This document shows, one piece after another, positions 9,435 to 17,455 of a stretch of 48,924 bases of DNA (the stretch's first letter is position 1; each line of letters opens with the position of its first letter). A program made the translations under genes and the position numbers. The notes under the pieces were generated by a model, which worked only from the letters and a program-made list of their open reading frames with translations, did no database searches and had not been told where the DNA came from. Source of the DNA: an uncultured Pseudomonadales bacterium (lineage in GTDB: Bacteria > Patescibacteriota > Microgenomatia > UBA1400 > PJMF01); contig CAYVBW010000002.1 of the NCBI GenBank assembly GCA_964449995.1, forward strand, positions 3,394-52,317. Direction: 5' to 3'.

Positions 9435-9713
9435 ATGACCGGCTCTTATCTTTCTAACTCAATACAAAAAAACCAAAATCAATCAGATGAAGAAAAATTG
9501 ATCCAAAATCATATTCTGAGATTGAGAGACACACTTGATAAAAAATTAACCATTGACTCTTTTACTACACTTTCTGATGAAGGAGAGGCTTTAGTTTTAC
9601 CAATTAGTTATGCAGGTAATAGCTTCGTTAGAATTGCCAAAAATCAATTAATAGCTGTTATAATTGGAGGTCTGCTGCTACTATCTGCAAGCAAATTACT
9701 ATATGAAAAGTAG
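9435..9713 (+). CDS. Hypothetical small protein with C-terminal hydrophobic helix
   Basis: 92-aa ATG ORF. C-terminal LIAVIIGGLLLLSASKLLY looks like a TM anchor. No recognisable family. Its end overlaps the VanZ-like ATG (ATGAAAAGTAG). Confidence 0.35.
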   Translation: MTGSYLSNSIQKNQNQSDEEKLIQNHILRLRDTLDKKLTIDSFTTLSDEGEALVLPISYAGNSFVRIAKNQLIAVIIGGLLLLSASKLLYEK

Positions 9714-10074
9714 TACCCTTAAATATTCCAAAGCTTTTTTGCCTGCTATAGTGTGGGCTTTAATAATTTATTTTCTATCTTCTCAACAAGTTTTGCCAGC
9801 ACTATCTCTATCAGTGATTGATTTCGTTTTAAAAAAAACTGCCCATATTTTTGTCTATGCAATATTGTATATTTTAATTATTAAAGGTTTTACCAAACTT
9901 AATTATCCTTTTGAAAAAATTTGGTTTAATGCCTTGCTAATCTGCTTGCTTTATGCTATTTTTGACGAAATTCACCAATCAACAGTTATTGGAAGAACTG
10001 CTACGGTAACTGATGTAGGTTTTGACTTTTTAGGAGCAAGTGTAGTGGCATTACATAAATTTGGCTATCTTTAG
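9703..10074 (+). CDS. VanZ-like family membrane protein
   Basis: About 4 hydrophobic helices with KKTAHIFVYAILY and DEIHQS motifs typical of VanZ-like proteins. ATG at 9703 is preferred over the track's TTG at 9664. Confidence 0.6.
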   Translation: MKSSTLKYSKAFLPAIVWALIIYFLSSQQVLPALSLSVIDFVLKKTAHIFVYAILYILIIKGFTKLNYPFEKIWFNALLICLLYAIFDEIHQSTVIGRTATVTDVGFDFLGASVVALHKFGYL

Positions 10075-10154
10075 ATAACACCTTAAACAATTTTTAAACA
10101 AAAGGTGGTTAAATTATTTAAATTCAAAAAAACTTTAAAAAAATACCACTTGAC

Positions 10155-10183
10155 TTGATACATCAAACTAATACACTTAATAT
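10155..10183 (+). promoter_or_regulatory. Candidate sigma70-type promoter for the HU gene (TTGATA-17 nt-TAATAT)
   Basis: TTGATA at 10155-10160 and TAATAT at 10178-10183, about 30 nt upstream of the AAGGA Shine-Dalgarno and ATG. Motif match only, in AT-rich DNA. Confidence 0.3.
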
Positions 10184-10213
10184 CAGACTTAATATAAATC
10201 TAGAAAGGAAAAT

Positions 10214-10489
10214 ATGACAAAATCTGAACTCATCGACATAATAGCAAAAAAAGCCCACTTACCTAAAAAGGCAGCAAAGGAAGCTGTGGATGTTGTATTT
10301 GATGAAATATCTCGTTCTCTAGAAAAAGGAGACAAGGTGGTAATCTCTAGTTTTGGAACTTTTTACGTAAATAAGGTTGATGACAAACTAGTAGTGCCAT
10401 TTGGAGAAGAGTCTGAGAAGCAAGTTGTTAAATCACATCGAGTAGTTAACTTCCGTGTTGGTAAACCTCTGAGGAAAAAAGTTTGGTAA
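10214..10489 (+). CDS. hup: HU/IHF-family DNA-binding protein with a divergent arm
   Basis: 91-aa ORF. MTKSELIDIIAKKAHLPKKAAKEAVDVVFDEI and the GDKVVISSFGTF core match HU. The arm region lacks the usual R-x-G-R-N-P-x-T-G. Confidence 0.8.
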   Translation: MTKSELIDIIAKKAHLPKKAAKEAVDVVFDEISRSLEKGDKVVISSFGTFYVNKVDDKLVVPFGEESEKQVVKSHRVVNFRVGKPLRKKVW

Positions 10490-10541
10490 ACTTAAGTTTA
10501 TTTTGATTAACTCGAGTCTAAAAAATTCTAGAAGTTGTGAC

Positions 10542-11045
10542 TTATCTCTTTGGCGACTGTCTTTTGCGACGGGCTTTTCCGCCTCTACCTGGTTTGCGTG
10601 TTTCTTTCATTCGGGGATCTCTTGTTAACAAGCCTTCTTCCTTAAAGAAAGGTCTCAACTTAGGATCATATTTTTCCAAAGCTCTTGTTAACCCATGAAC
10701 AATTGCATCTAATTGGGCTGACTTTCCAGATCCGCTAACCTTAACAGTGGCAGAAAAATCACCTTCTGTTTTTGATAAAACAAAAGGCTTATTGTACTTA
10801 ACTATTGCTAAAGGGATATCTGCAAAATAATCCTTAACTAATTGGTCATTTACAATAAAATCTCCTTTTTCAGGATATATTCTCACTCTGGCAATGGCAG
10901 ATTTACGACGACCAATACCCTCTGTATATTCTCCCTGAGGATAGTTTAAGTTGGCGTCCTTTTTAAAAGAATGAGTGTTTGCTTCAGTTTGTCCTGTTTT
11001 CTTAGCTGCCTTCACTACTTGAGTAATCTGTTGGTTATGTTTCAT
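10542..11045 (-). CDS. rpsI: 30S ribosomal protein uS9
   Basis: 167-aa ORF. GIGRRKSAIARVRI and C-terminal GGKARRKRQSPKR. About 40 extra N-terminal residues versus typical S9. Start not verified. Confidence 0.9.
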   Translation of the reverse strand: MKHNQQITQVVKAAKKTGQTEANTHSFKKDANLNYPQGEYTEGIGRRKSAIARVRIYPEKGDFIVNDQLVKDYFADIPLAIVKYNKPFVLSKTEGDFSATVKVSGSGKSAQLDAIVHGLTRALEKYDPKLRPFFKEEGLLTRDPRMKETRKPGRGGKARRKRQSPKR

Positions 11046-11049
11046 AAAA

Positions 11050-11475
11050 TTATTTCTCTAATTTATCTTGATATGGATGGTTGGTTCCTGAATAAACCTT
11101 TAACCTAGCTAGTCTTGATTTTCTAAATTTATTTTTAGGCAACATATTTTTCACAGCCCTTTGCATGACTCTTTGTGGATTTTGGCTTACCATATCTTTA
11201 AAGACCATTTGTTTAAGCCCACCAGGAAAACCAGTGTGCCAATAATAAGTTTTTTTATTAGCCTTATCCCTAGTCACAGCTACCTTTGAAGCATTAACAA
11301 TTACTACATAATCACCACCATCTACATGAGGAGTATATGTTGGTTTGTTTTTACCGATTAAAAGCTGGGCAATTTCTGTAGTCACCCTACCTAACACTTT
11401 CCCCTCCACATCAACTAGGTGCCATTCTCTGCTGATATCTTCTTTGCGTTGCATAAAAGTTTGTTTTTTTTGCAT
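11050..11475 (-). CDS. rplM: 50S ribosomal protein uL13
   Basis: 141-aa ORF. REWHLVDVEGKVLGRV, GDYVVIVNA, YYWHTGFPGG. An alternative ATG lies 21 nt downstream. Confidence 0.9.
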   Translation of the reverse strand: MQKKQTFMQRKEDISREWHLVDVEGKVLGRVTTEIAQLLIGKNKPTYTPHVDGGDYVVIVNASKVAVTRDKANKKTYYWHTGFPGGLKQMVFKDMVSQNPQRVMQRAVKNMLPKNKFRKSRLARLKVYSGTNHPYQDKLEK

Positions 11476-11482
11476 AACTGAA

Positions 11483-11887
11483 TTACTTTTTTTCTTGTTT
11501 GCTTTCTACTTGAAAACTGCCTAATTTTGCAGGCTTTTTAACCAACTCTAAACGATACATCATAACATTATCGCCACGTCTTCTCCCCACTTGACTAATG
11601 GTGGTAAAACCTGACTTTCTATCATTAAGCACCGGAGCAATTTTATCAACTAAAGCATTTACCACATCTGTTTTGCCAAAAATTTTATGCAGCTCTCTCT
11701 TAGAATGAACTGTATTTTCTTGAGCTTTATTAATTGATTTATCAGCCCAACGCTTAACTTCTTTGGCCTTAGCCCTAGTGGTAGTTATCTGCCCATCTAG
11801 AAACAAGCCTCTTAACAAATTTCTAATCAAAGCTTGACGATGGCTTGATAAGCGTCCTAATTTTTTTTTCTTTATTCGATGCCTCAT
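11483..11887 (-). CDS. rplQ: 50S ribosomal protein bL17
   Basis: 134-aa ORF. N-terminus MRHRIKKKKLGRLSSHRQALIRNL. Follows rpoA. Confidence 0.9.
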   Translation of the reverse strand: MRHRIKKKKLGRLSSHRQALIRNLLRGLFLDGQITTTRAKAKEVKRWADKSINKAQENTVHSKRELHKIFGKTDVVNALVDKIAPVLNDRKSGFTTISQVGRRRGDNVMMYRLELVKKPAKLGSFQVESKQEKK

Positions 11888-11904
11888 GATAATTCCCCAC
11901 CATT

Positions 11905-12855
11905 CTAATTACTCTTATTAAATGAAACCTCTTTTCTCTCTAGAGCTTTTGCTATAACCTTCACGCTCTTTTCACCAATATTTTTTACTTTAGCTACACT
12001 TTCTTCTTCAGCCTCAACTAAATCTCTAACGGTTTGATAACCTCCGCGACGCAAAGCATTAGCGATTCTTGTAGGTAAATCAAGTTCTTCTACAGTCAAC
12101 CTTAATATTTCTGCTTCTTTGGGAGAAAGCTCTTCTTCTGGTTCTTCTTCTTTAACCAATACTGGATCAACAATTTGTTTGAATTGCCTAACTAAAATTT
12201 TAGCTGCTTGTTCTAGGGCTTCTTTAGCTGCTATAGTCCCATCTGTTTTTATATCAATTAAAAGCTGGTCAAAGTCAGTCCTACGACCAACTCGAGTAGC
12301 TTCAACCTTATAAGAAACGTTAAGAATTGGAGAAAAAATAGAGTCTACCAATAATTCTCCAATATCCTTATCAGAGTCTTGGTCTTGCACCTTGTAGCCA
12401 ATACCTGATTCTATAGTTATTTCAGCAACTAATTTGGCATCTTTAGTTAAAGTAGCTAGATGTTGTTCTGGATTGATAATAGAAAATCCAGCTTCACATT
12501 TGATATCTTCTGCAGTAACTACCGCTGGCCCTTTTACTTCTAAACGAGCTATACCTTGTTCATTGTTATCAGCTTGAATTTTTACTTGTTTTAGATTTAA
12601 TAAAAAATCTACCACATCTTCTTTCATGCCTTTAATGGTTGAAAACTGATGCTCAATGCCTTCAATTCTAATTGCAGTTATGGCTGCTCCTGGTAAAGAA
12701 CTTAACAAAATTCTTCTCAGAGCATTCCCTAAAGTATGCCCATAGCCGTTCTCTAAAGGTTTAAGGGTTAATATTGAATGACTAGCAGACACTCGATCCT
12801 CTTGAATTTCAAAAGTAGGGTTCATGAATGATAGTTGTTTTAAATCTTGACTCAT
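11905..12855 (-). CDS. rpoA: DNA-directed RNA polymerase subunit alpha
   Basis: 316-aa ORF. NTD motif GYGHTLGNALRRILLSS and CTD LDLPTRIANALRRGGYQTV. Confidence 0.93.
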   Translation of the reverse strand: MSQDLKQLSFMNPTFEIQEDRVSASHSILTLKPLENGYGHTLGNALRRILLSSLPGAAITAIRIEGIEHQFSTIKGMKEDVVDFLLNLKQVKIQADNNEQGIARLEVKGPAVVTAEDIKCEAGFSIINPEQHLATLTKDAKLVAEITIESGIGYKVQDQDSDKDIGELLVDSIFSPILNVSYKVEATRVGRRTDFDQLLIDIKTDGTIAAKEALEQAAKILVRQFKQIVDPVLVKEEEPEEELSPKEAEILRLTVEELDLPTRIANALRRGGYQTVRDLVEAEEESVAKVKNIGEKSVKVIAKALERKEVSFNKSN

Positions 12856-12879
12856 AATTTTTTCTCCTTGTTTCTCCTC

Positions 12880-12895
12880 CCTTGCCCAAGCAAGG
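12880..12895 (-). promoter_or_regulatory. Stem-loop in the rpsD-rpoA spacer next to the rpoA Shine-Dalgarno
   Basis: CCTTGC (12880-12885) pairs with GCAAGG (12890-12895) around a 4-nt loop. A second CAAGG copy lies inside the rpoA SD (mRNA: CCUUGC-uugg-GCAAGG-gaggagaaa-CAAGGAG-N7-AUG). Confidence 0.3.
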
Positions 12896-12958
12896 AATCC
12901 GTATACTAGATAATTGATATAGTTTTTGGTTAATTAGTAATTTATTTTAATGTAATTA

Positions 12959-13567
12959 TTAACGGCTATAATACTCGACAATTAGTTGCTCATCAATTTT
13001 GCCATCAATCTCTTCTCTCTCTGGAAAACGAGTGGCTTTTGCTATATTATGTTTTCTCTCAAGCCACTGGGGAACCTCATGGCCCTCATTGCTAAAAGCT
13101 GTTTCTATAGCAGGAATCTTAATCGACTCTTTTTTTAAAGTAATAACATCCTCTACGTTGACTGAGTATGAAGGAATATTCATTTTTTTGTTGTTTACCT
13201 GCACATGATTATGACTAACTAATTGCCTGGCAGCAGCTCTAGTTGGAGCCCAACCCAGCCGATAAACAACATTATCTAATCTTCTTTCCAAATAAACTAA
13301 CAAGGCCAGTCCTGTTCCAAGAGGACTCTGTTCTGCTTTTGAAAAAATATTTTTTAACTGTTTCTCTAAAACTCCATAAATATATTTAGCCTTTTGCTTT
13401 TCCTGAAGTTGAACTCCATAATCAGAAAGTCTACGGGTTCTTTTATGTCCGTGTTGTCCTGGTCTAACATTTATTCTTTTAGCAGTTTTTAAAGCATTAG
13501 TTTTAAGACCCAAATCTTCACCGATTCGTCTTTGCAATCTTTGCTTTGGTCCCGTATATCTTGCCAT
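12959..13567 (-). CDS. rpsD: 30S ribosomal protein uS4
   Basis: 202-aa ORF. MARYTGPKQRLQRRIG and S4 domain LDNVVYRLGWAPTRAAARQLVSHNHVQVN. Confidence 0.93.
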   Translation of the reverse strand: MARYTGPKQRLQRRIGEDLGLKTNALKTAKRINVRPGQHGHKRTRRLSDYGVQLQEKQKAKYIYGVLEKQLKNIFSKAEQSPLGTGLALLVYLERRLDNVVYRLGWAPTRAAARQLVSHNHVQVNNKKMNIPSYSVNVEDVITLKKESIKIPAIETAFSNEGHEVPQWLERKHNIAKATRFPEREEIDGKIDEQLIVEYYSR

Positions 13568-13594
13568 AATCGTAATAATTTAATATATAAATAA

Positions 13595-13975
13595 TTAATT
13601 TCTTTGTTTTCTTGGCCTGGTTCCATTGTGTGGATCTGGTGTCATGTCTGCAATAAGAGAAATCTCTATTCCCTGGGCCCTTAAAATTCTAAGAACCACA
13701 GATCGTCCCGGTCCTGGACCTTTGATAAAAACCTCAGCTTCTTTCATACCCAAATTAATAGCATCATTAATTGCGTTTTGTGCTGCAACATTAGCTGCAT
13801 AAGAGGTAGATTTTCTTGATCCTTTAAAACCAGCATGACCTGTTGATGACCAAGAAACGACATCCCCCTTTAAATCAGTTACGCTAATTAGCGTATTATT
13901 AAAGGTAGCTGTAACATATATTCTAGCCTTTTGACTGATTTTTTTTGCTTGTTTTTTCTGTTTGTATTTTGCCAT
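13595..13975 (-). CDS. rpsK: 30S ribosomal protein uS11
   Basis: 126-aa ORF. IYVTATFNNTLISVTD, GFKGSRKSTSYAA, PHNGTRPRKQR. Confidence 0.93.
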   Translation of the reverse strand: MAKYKQKKQAKKISQKARIYVTATFNNTLISVTDLKGDVVSWSSTGHAGFKGSRKSTSYAANVAAQNAINDAINLGMKEAEVFIKGPGPGRSVVLRILRAQGIEISLIADMTPDPHNGTRPRKQRN

Positions 13976-13993
13976 TTTTAAATAATTCTATTC

Positions 13994-14407
13994 TTATTTT
14001 TCTTTCTTATCCTCAGTGGTTGATTGTGCTTTATTAGACAGCTCCTTGGTAATAGCTCCAACTGTTTTGCGCTTTCCTTTACGCGTTCTAGCATTAACTC
14101 TTGTCCTTTGACCCCTGGTAGGTAAGCCAGCTATATGGCGTAAACCACGATAAGATTTTATTCTTTTTAACCGATTAATATTGTCATTGACTCTACGCCT
14201 TAAATCCCCTTCAACAGGATATTTTTCAAGCAATTTTTGTAGTTGGTTAATTTCTTGACCATCTAGATCTCTTGCCCTTTTATCTGGATTTATCTTAGTT
14301 TGCTGAATAATTTTTTCAGCACGTGATAACCCAATCCCATAAATATAGGTTAAGGCATATGTAACTTTTTTTTCTCCTGGTATATCTTTTCCCGCTATTC
14401 TTGGCAT
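13994..14407 (-). CDS. rpsM: 30S ribosomal protein uS13
   Basis: 137-aa [40 protein letters not shown]. Short charged C-terminal tail. Confidence 0.93.
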   Translation of the reverse strand: MPRIAGKDIPGEKKVTYALTYIYGIGLSRAEKIIQQTKINPDKRARDLDGQEINQLQKLLEKYPVEGDLRRRVNDNINRLKRIKSYRGLRHIAGLPTRGQRTRVNARTRKGKRKTVGAITKELSNKAQSTTEDKKEK

Positions 14408-14415
14408 ATTTTAAA

Positions 14416-14529
14416 TTATCCTTGTCTTTGTTTATGTTTAGGGTTATCACAAATGACCCTAACTCTACCTGAACGTTTAATAATTCTACACTTAGGACAT
14501 TTCTTTTTTACTGACGGACTTACTTTCAT
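14416..14529 (-). CDS. rpmJ: 50S ribosomal protein bL36
   Basis: Not in the ORF track (37 aa). My hand translation of the minus strand gives [37 protein letters not shown], the classic L36 Cys3-His pattern. AAGGAG lies 8 nt upstream of the ATG. Sits between infA and rpsM as expected. Confidence 0.9.
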   Translation of the reverse strand: MKVSPSVKKKCPKCRIIKRSGRVRVICDNPKHKQRQG

Positions 14530-14543
14530 GACTGCTCCTTTAA

Positions 14544-14876
14544 TTAAAATTCCATCTTAATGTTTTTATTGGTTGATCTATAAGTAATCTTACATTTACC
14601 TAAGTCGTACTTAGAAACATAAGCCTTAACTATGTCTCCGGGCATAACTCTAATTCTATATAACCTCATTTTCCCCGAAAGGGTTCCTAGCAGCTCTTTA
14701 TCTTTCATTGCCTCAACCTCACTTTTGATAACCCTGATTCTAAACATCGTATTTGGTAAACATTTCTCAACCTCTCCATAAATCATAAAACGATCTGAGG
14801 GTCCAGTTTGTTTAGATGTTGAGTCATCTTGTCTTTTTTCTTTAGCTGATCTTTTATGTTGCTGTACTTTTCCCAT
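14544..14876 (-). CDS. infA: Translation initiation factor IF-1 (extended form)
   Basis: 110-aa ORF. S1-like core [16 protein letters not shown]...[17 protein letters not shown]...[13 protein letters not shown]. About 30 extra N-terminal residues, a small internal insertion and a C-terminal extension. Confidence 0.85.
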   Translation of the reverse strand: MGKVQQHKRSAKEKRQDDSTSKQTGPSDRFMIYGEVEKCLPNTMFRIRVIKSEVEAMKDKELLGTLSGKMRLYRIRVMPGDIVKAYVSKYDLGKCKITYRSTNKNIKMEF

Positions 14877-14966
14877 ATATTGCTCTTTACTTTATAAGTT
14901 TAATAATACTTTGCTTTTATTTATTCTTTTTAGCTGTACTTACTATTGAGAAATTGCAAAGAGCTA

Positions 14967-14975
14967 ATTATATCA
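14967..14975 (-). promoter_or_regulatory. Candidate extended -10 promoter element (TGATATAAT) upstream of infA
   Basis: The minus strand reads TGATATAAT, about 90 nt upstream of the infA ATG. It lies in a 140-nt gap inside an otherwise tightly packed operon. Motif match only. Confidence 0.3.
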
Positions 14976-15016
14976 AAATAATACACTTTTTACAGGAGCA
15001 AAAGCCTGGGTGGTTA

Positions 15017-15559
15017 TTATTTATCTAATCCTAATTTTTCAACAATTTCCTGAAACACCTCTTCAACTGGTTGCTCTCCATCTACTGTAATAAGTTGATT
15101 TTTTTTCTTATAAAAATCCAATACGTCTGTGGTAACTTCATGAAATATTTGTATCCTTTTGCGAATAGCTTTAAGTGTTTCGTCCTCCCGATTATCGGTT
15201 CTTCCTGAAATTCTCCACAATGCCTCTTTATCTGATACATCAATAAAAATAGCTTTTTCAGTGCCATCAGAGAAGGCTTGGGCTTGGTTTATAGTTCTTG
15301 GAAAACCATCAATTATAAATCCATTTTGATATTCTGGTTTTTGAAGATATTCAGTCACTATTTCGATTGTTTTTTCATCAGACACCAAAACCCCTGCATT
15401 AAGAGTTTCTTTTAGCCACCTACTCAGAGTGGTCTTACCTTTTGCCATCTGTCTAAAGATGTGCCCAGAGGAAAGATATGGAATTCCCATCTTTTCTGAA
15501 AGTAATTTACCTTGAGTTGATTTACCTGCACCCTGAATGCCGATGAGAACAATTTTCAT
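15017..15559 (-). CDS. adk: Adenylate kinase (short-LID type)
   Basis: 180-aa ORF. P-loop GIQGAGKSTQ, GFIIDGFPR, and a short LID GRTDNREDE without a Cys4 knuckle. Confidence 0.88.
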   Translation of the reverse strand: MKIVLIGIQGAGKSTQGKLLSEKMGIPYLSSGHIFRQMAKGKTTLSRWLKETLNAGVLVSDEKTIEIVTEYLQKPEYQNGFIIDGFPRTINQAQAFSDGTEKAIFIDVSDKEALWRISGRTDNREDETLKAIRKRIQIFHEVTTDVLDFYKKKNQLITVDGEQPVEEVFQEIVEKLGLDK

Positions 15560-15686
15560 GATTGACTTATTAGATTAATAATTTTTAGTTAATGATTTTT
15601 GACAAAAGTTTAATTTATCCTAAAATAAAGCTAAATTCAAGCCTTTTTAGGCCTAGAGCACTTCTTGGTTTAAATATTTCTCTAAT

Positions 15687-16973
15687 TTAAGTATATTTTT
15701 CATAATCCTGGCCAACTAATTGACTCTCAACTTGTTTAGATGTTTCCAAAATAACCGAAACCACAATCAACACACTTGTTCCCCCTATAGCTAAGGCCTG
15801 AATGTTAGTTAAAGCCTGTGCCACAGATGGCAATAGGGCAATAAAACCCAAAAAGATAGCTCCGGCTAATGTAACTCTGGTTACTACATATTCAAGAAAA
15901 GATTTTGTTGCTTTACCAGGTCTAATGCCTGGTACATACGCTCCACTCTTTTTAAGTTCAGAAGATAAGTCTTCTGCATCAAAAAAAATCAGGGCAGAAA
16001 AATAGGTAAAAACAAAAACTAATAAAAAGTAAAAAATCATATAAAATACAGAGGCCTGATCAAACAAAACAGTAATTCTTTCCCCTAAATTAACGAAAGA
16101 TTCATTATCAAGGGAGATTAACACCCTCCCCAAAAAAGCCGGAACAAGCATCAAAGATAAAGCAAAAATAATCGGCATGACACCGGCTACATTAACCCTA
16201 ATCGGTAAATGAGTTTTTTGACCCCCAAGTAAGCGGCTTCCCCTCATGCGCCTAGCATATTGCACTACCACTTTTCGAACTGCTTCGTTCATAAACACCA
16301 CCAACATAATGACCGCTACAAACAGTAGTAAAAAAATGGATAAAATTAAAAATTGCTGTGTGTAAATAATTACAGACATTTGCCCTGCAAAAACTGGCAA
16401 CTGGCTAATAATTCCTGCAAGAAGAATCATTGAAACACCATTGCCAATTCCATACTCACTAATTAATTCGCCAATCCATAAAATAATCATAGCTCCAGCT
16501 ACTAAGCTAAAAATAACCGCCGTTAGAGATAAAAAGTCGGTAGATGTTAATAAGTCTTGAGCTTTTAATAAAGCAATCACTGAGATACTCTGAACAATGG
16601 CTAGTGGTACCGCAATAAATCGAGTGTATTGATTTATTTTAGCTCGTCCTGACTCTCCCTCCTTTTGCATCTCTTTAATTGAGGGGATAACCATGCCTGC
16701 CAATTGCATAATAATTTGAGCCGTAATATAAGGATTTATGCCCACGGCTGCCACTGAAAATCTAATCAACATCCCACCTGAAAAAATATTAAGTAAGCTT
16801 AAAAACTCACTTCCTAAAAAAATCTCTTGAATTTGCTGAGTATCAACTATAGGTACTGGGATGTGAGCTAAAAGCCTAAAGATAAAAAAGCAAAAAATTG
16901 TAAAAAGGATTTTCTTTTTAACTTTAGTATTAGATAAAACCTTTTTAGTTGTAGCGATAATTTTTTTTAACAC
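15687..16973 (-). CDS. secY: Preprotein translocase subunit SecY
   Basis: 428-aa polytopic ORF in the canonical position after rplO. SecY-like segments GINPYITAQIIMQL and GIGNGVSMIL. Confidence 0.93.
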   Translation of the reverse strand: MLKKIIATTKKVLSNTKVKKKILFTIFCFFIFRLLAHIPVPIVDTQQIQEIFLGSEFLSLLNIFSGGMLIRFSVAAVGINPYITAQIIMQLAGMVIPSIKEMQKEGESGRAKINQYTRFIAVPLAIVQSISVIALLKAQDLLTSTDFLSLTAVIFSLVAGAMIILWIGELISEYGIGNGVSMILLAGIISQLPVFAGQMSVIIYTQQFLILSIFLLLFVAVIMLVVFMNEAVRKVVVQYARRMRGSRLLGGQKTHLPIRVNVAGVMPIIFALSLMLVPAFLGRVLISLDNESFVNLGERITVLFDQASVFYMIFYFLLVFVFTYFSALIFFDAEDLSSELKKSGAYVPGIRPGKATKSFLEYVVTRVTLAGAIFLGFIALLPSVAQALTNIQALAIGGTSVLIVVSVILETSKQVESQLVGQDYEKYT

Positions 16974-16985
16974 GGGCTAGGTTTT

Positions 16986-17426
16986 TTATTTTTCTATTGA
17001 GCCACCTTTGGCCTTAATTGTTTTTTGAGCGCCAGCTGAAACTTTTAAACCTTTAATGGTTACTTTTTTCTGAAGTTTGCCTTTTTTTATAACTTTAGCC
17101 TGCTTAAAGGAGTTATCAATAATTCTATTTGCCTTTAATGTTTTCAAAGAAATAACATCAAAATCAAAACGATTAATGTCATCAAAGGTAATTTCCGCAA
17201 CCGGGCTAACTGACTTAAACCTACCTTTACCACGAAGCATTGGCAGTCTTTTTGTTAAGGGCAAACTACCTCCTTCAAACCACAAACCAATTCGATGAGC
17301 TGATCTAGATTTTTGCCCCTTTTGACCTCTGTTTGTAGTGTGTCCCCCTTTTCCGGAACCATAACCCCTGCCCAGCCTTTTTTTCTTTTTATTAGAAGTT
17401 TTTTTTAAATTATTTATTAAGCTCAT
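16986..17426 (-). CDS. rplO: 50S ribosomal protein uL15
   Basis: ATG at 17426 (the track start at 17432 is TTG). GRGYGSGKGGHTTNRGQKGQKSR. Confidence 0.9.
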   Translation of the reverse strand: MSLINNLKKTSNKKKKRLGRGYGSGKGGHTTNRGQKGQKSRSAHRIGLWFEGGSLPLTKRLPMLRGKGRFKSVSPVAEITFDDINRFDFDVISLKTLKANRIIDNSFKQAKVIKKGKLQKKVTIKGLKVSAGAQKTIKAKGGSIEK

Positions 17427-17455
17427 ATGCAATTGCTGACCCTATTTAACAAGTA

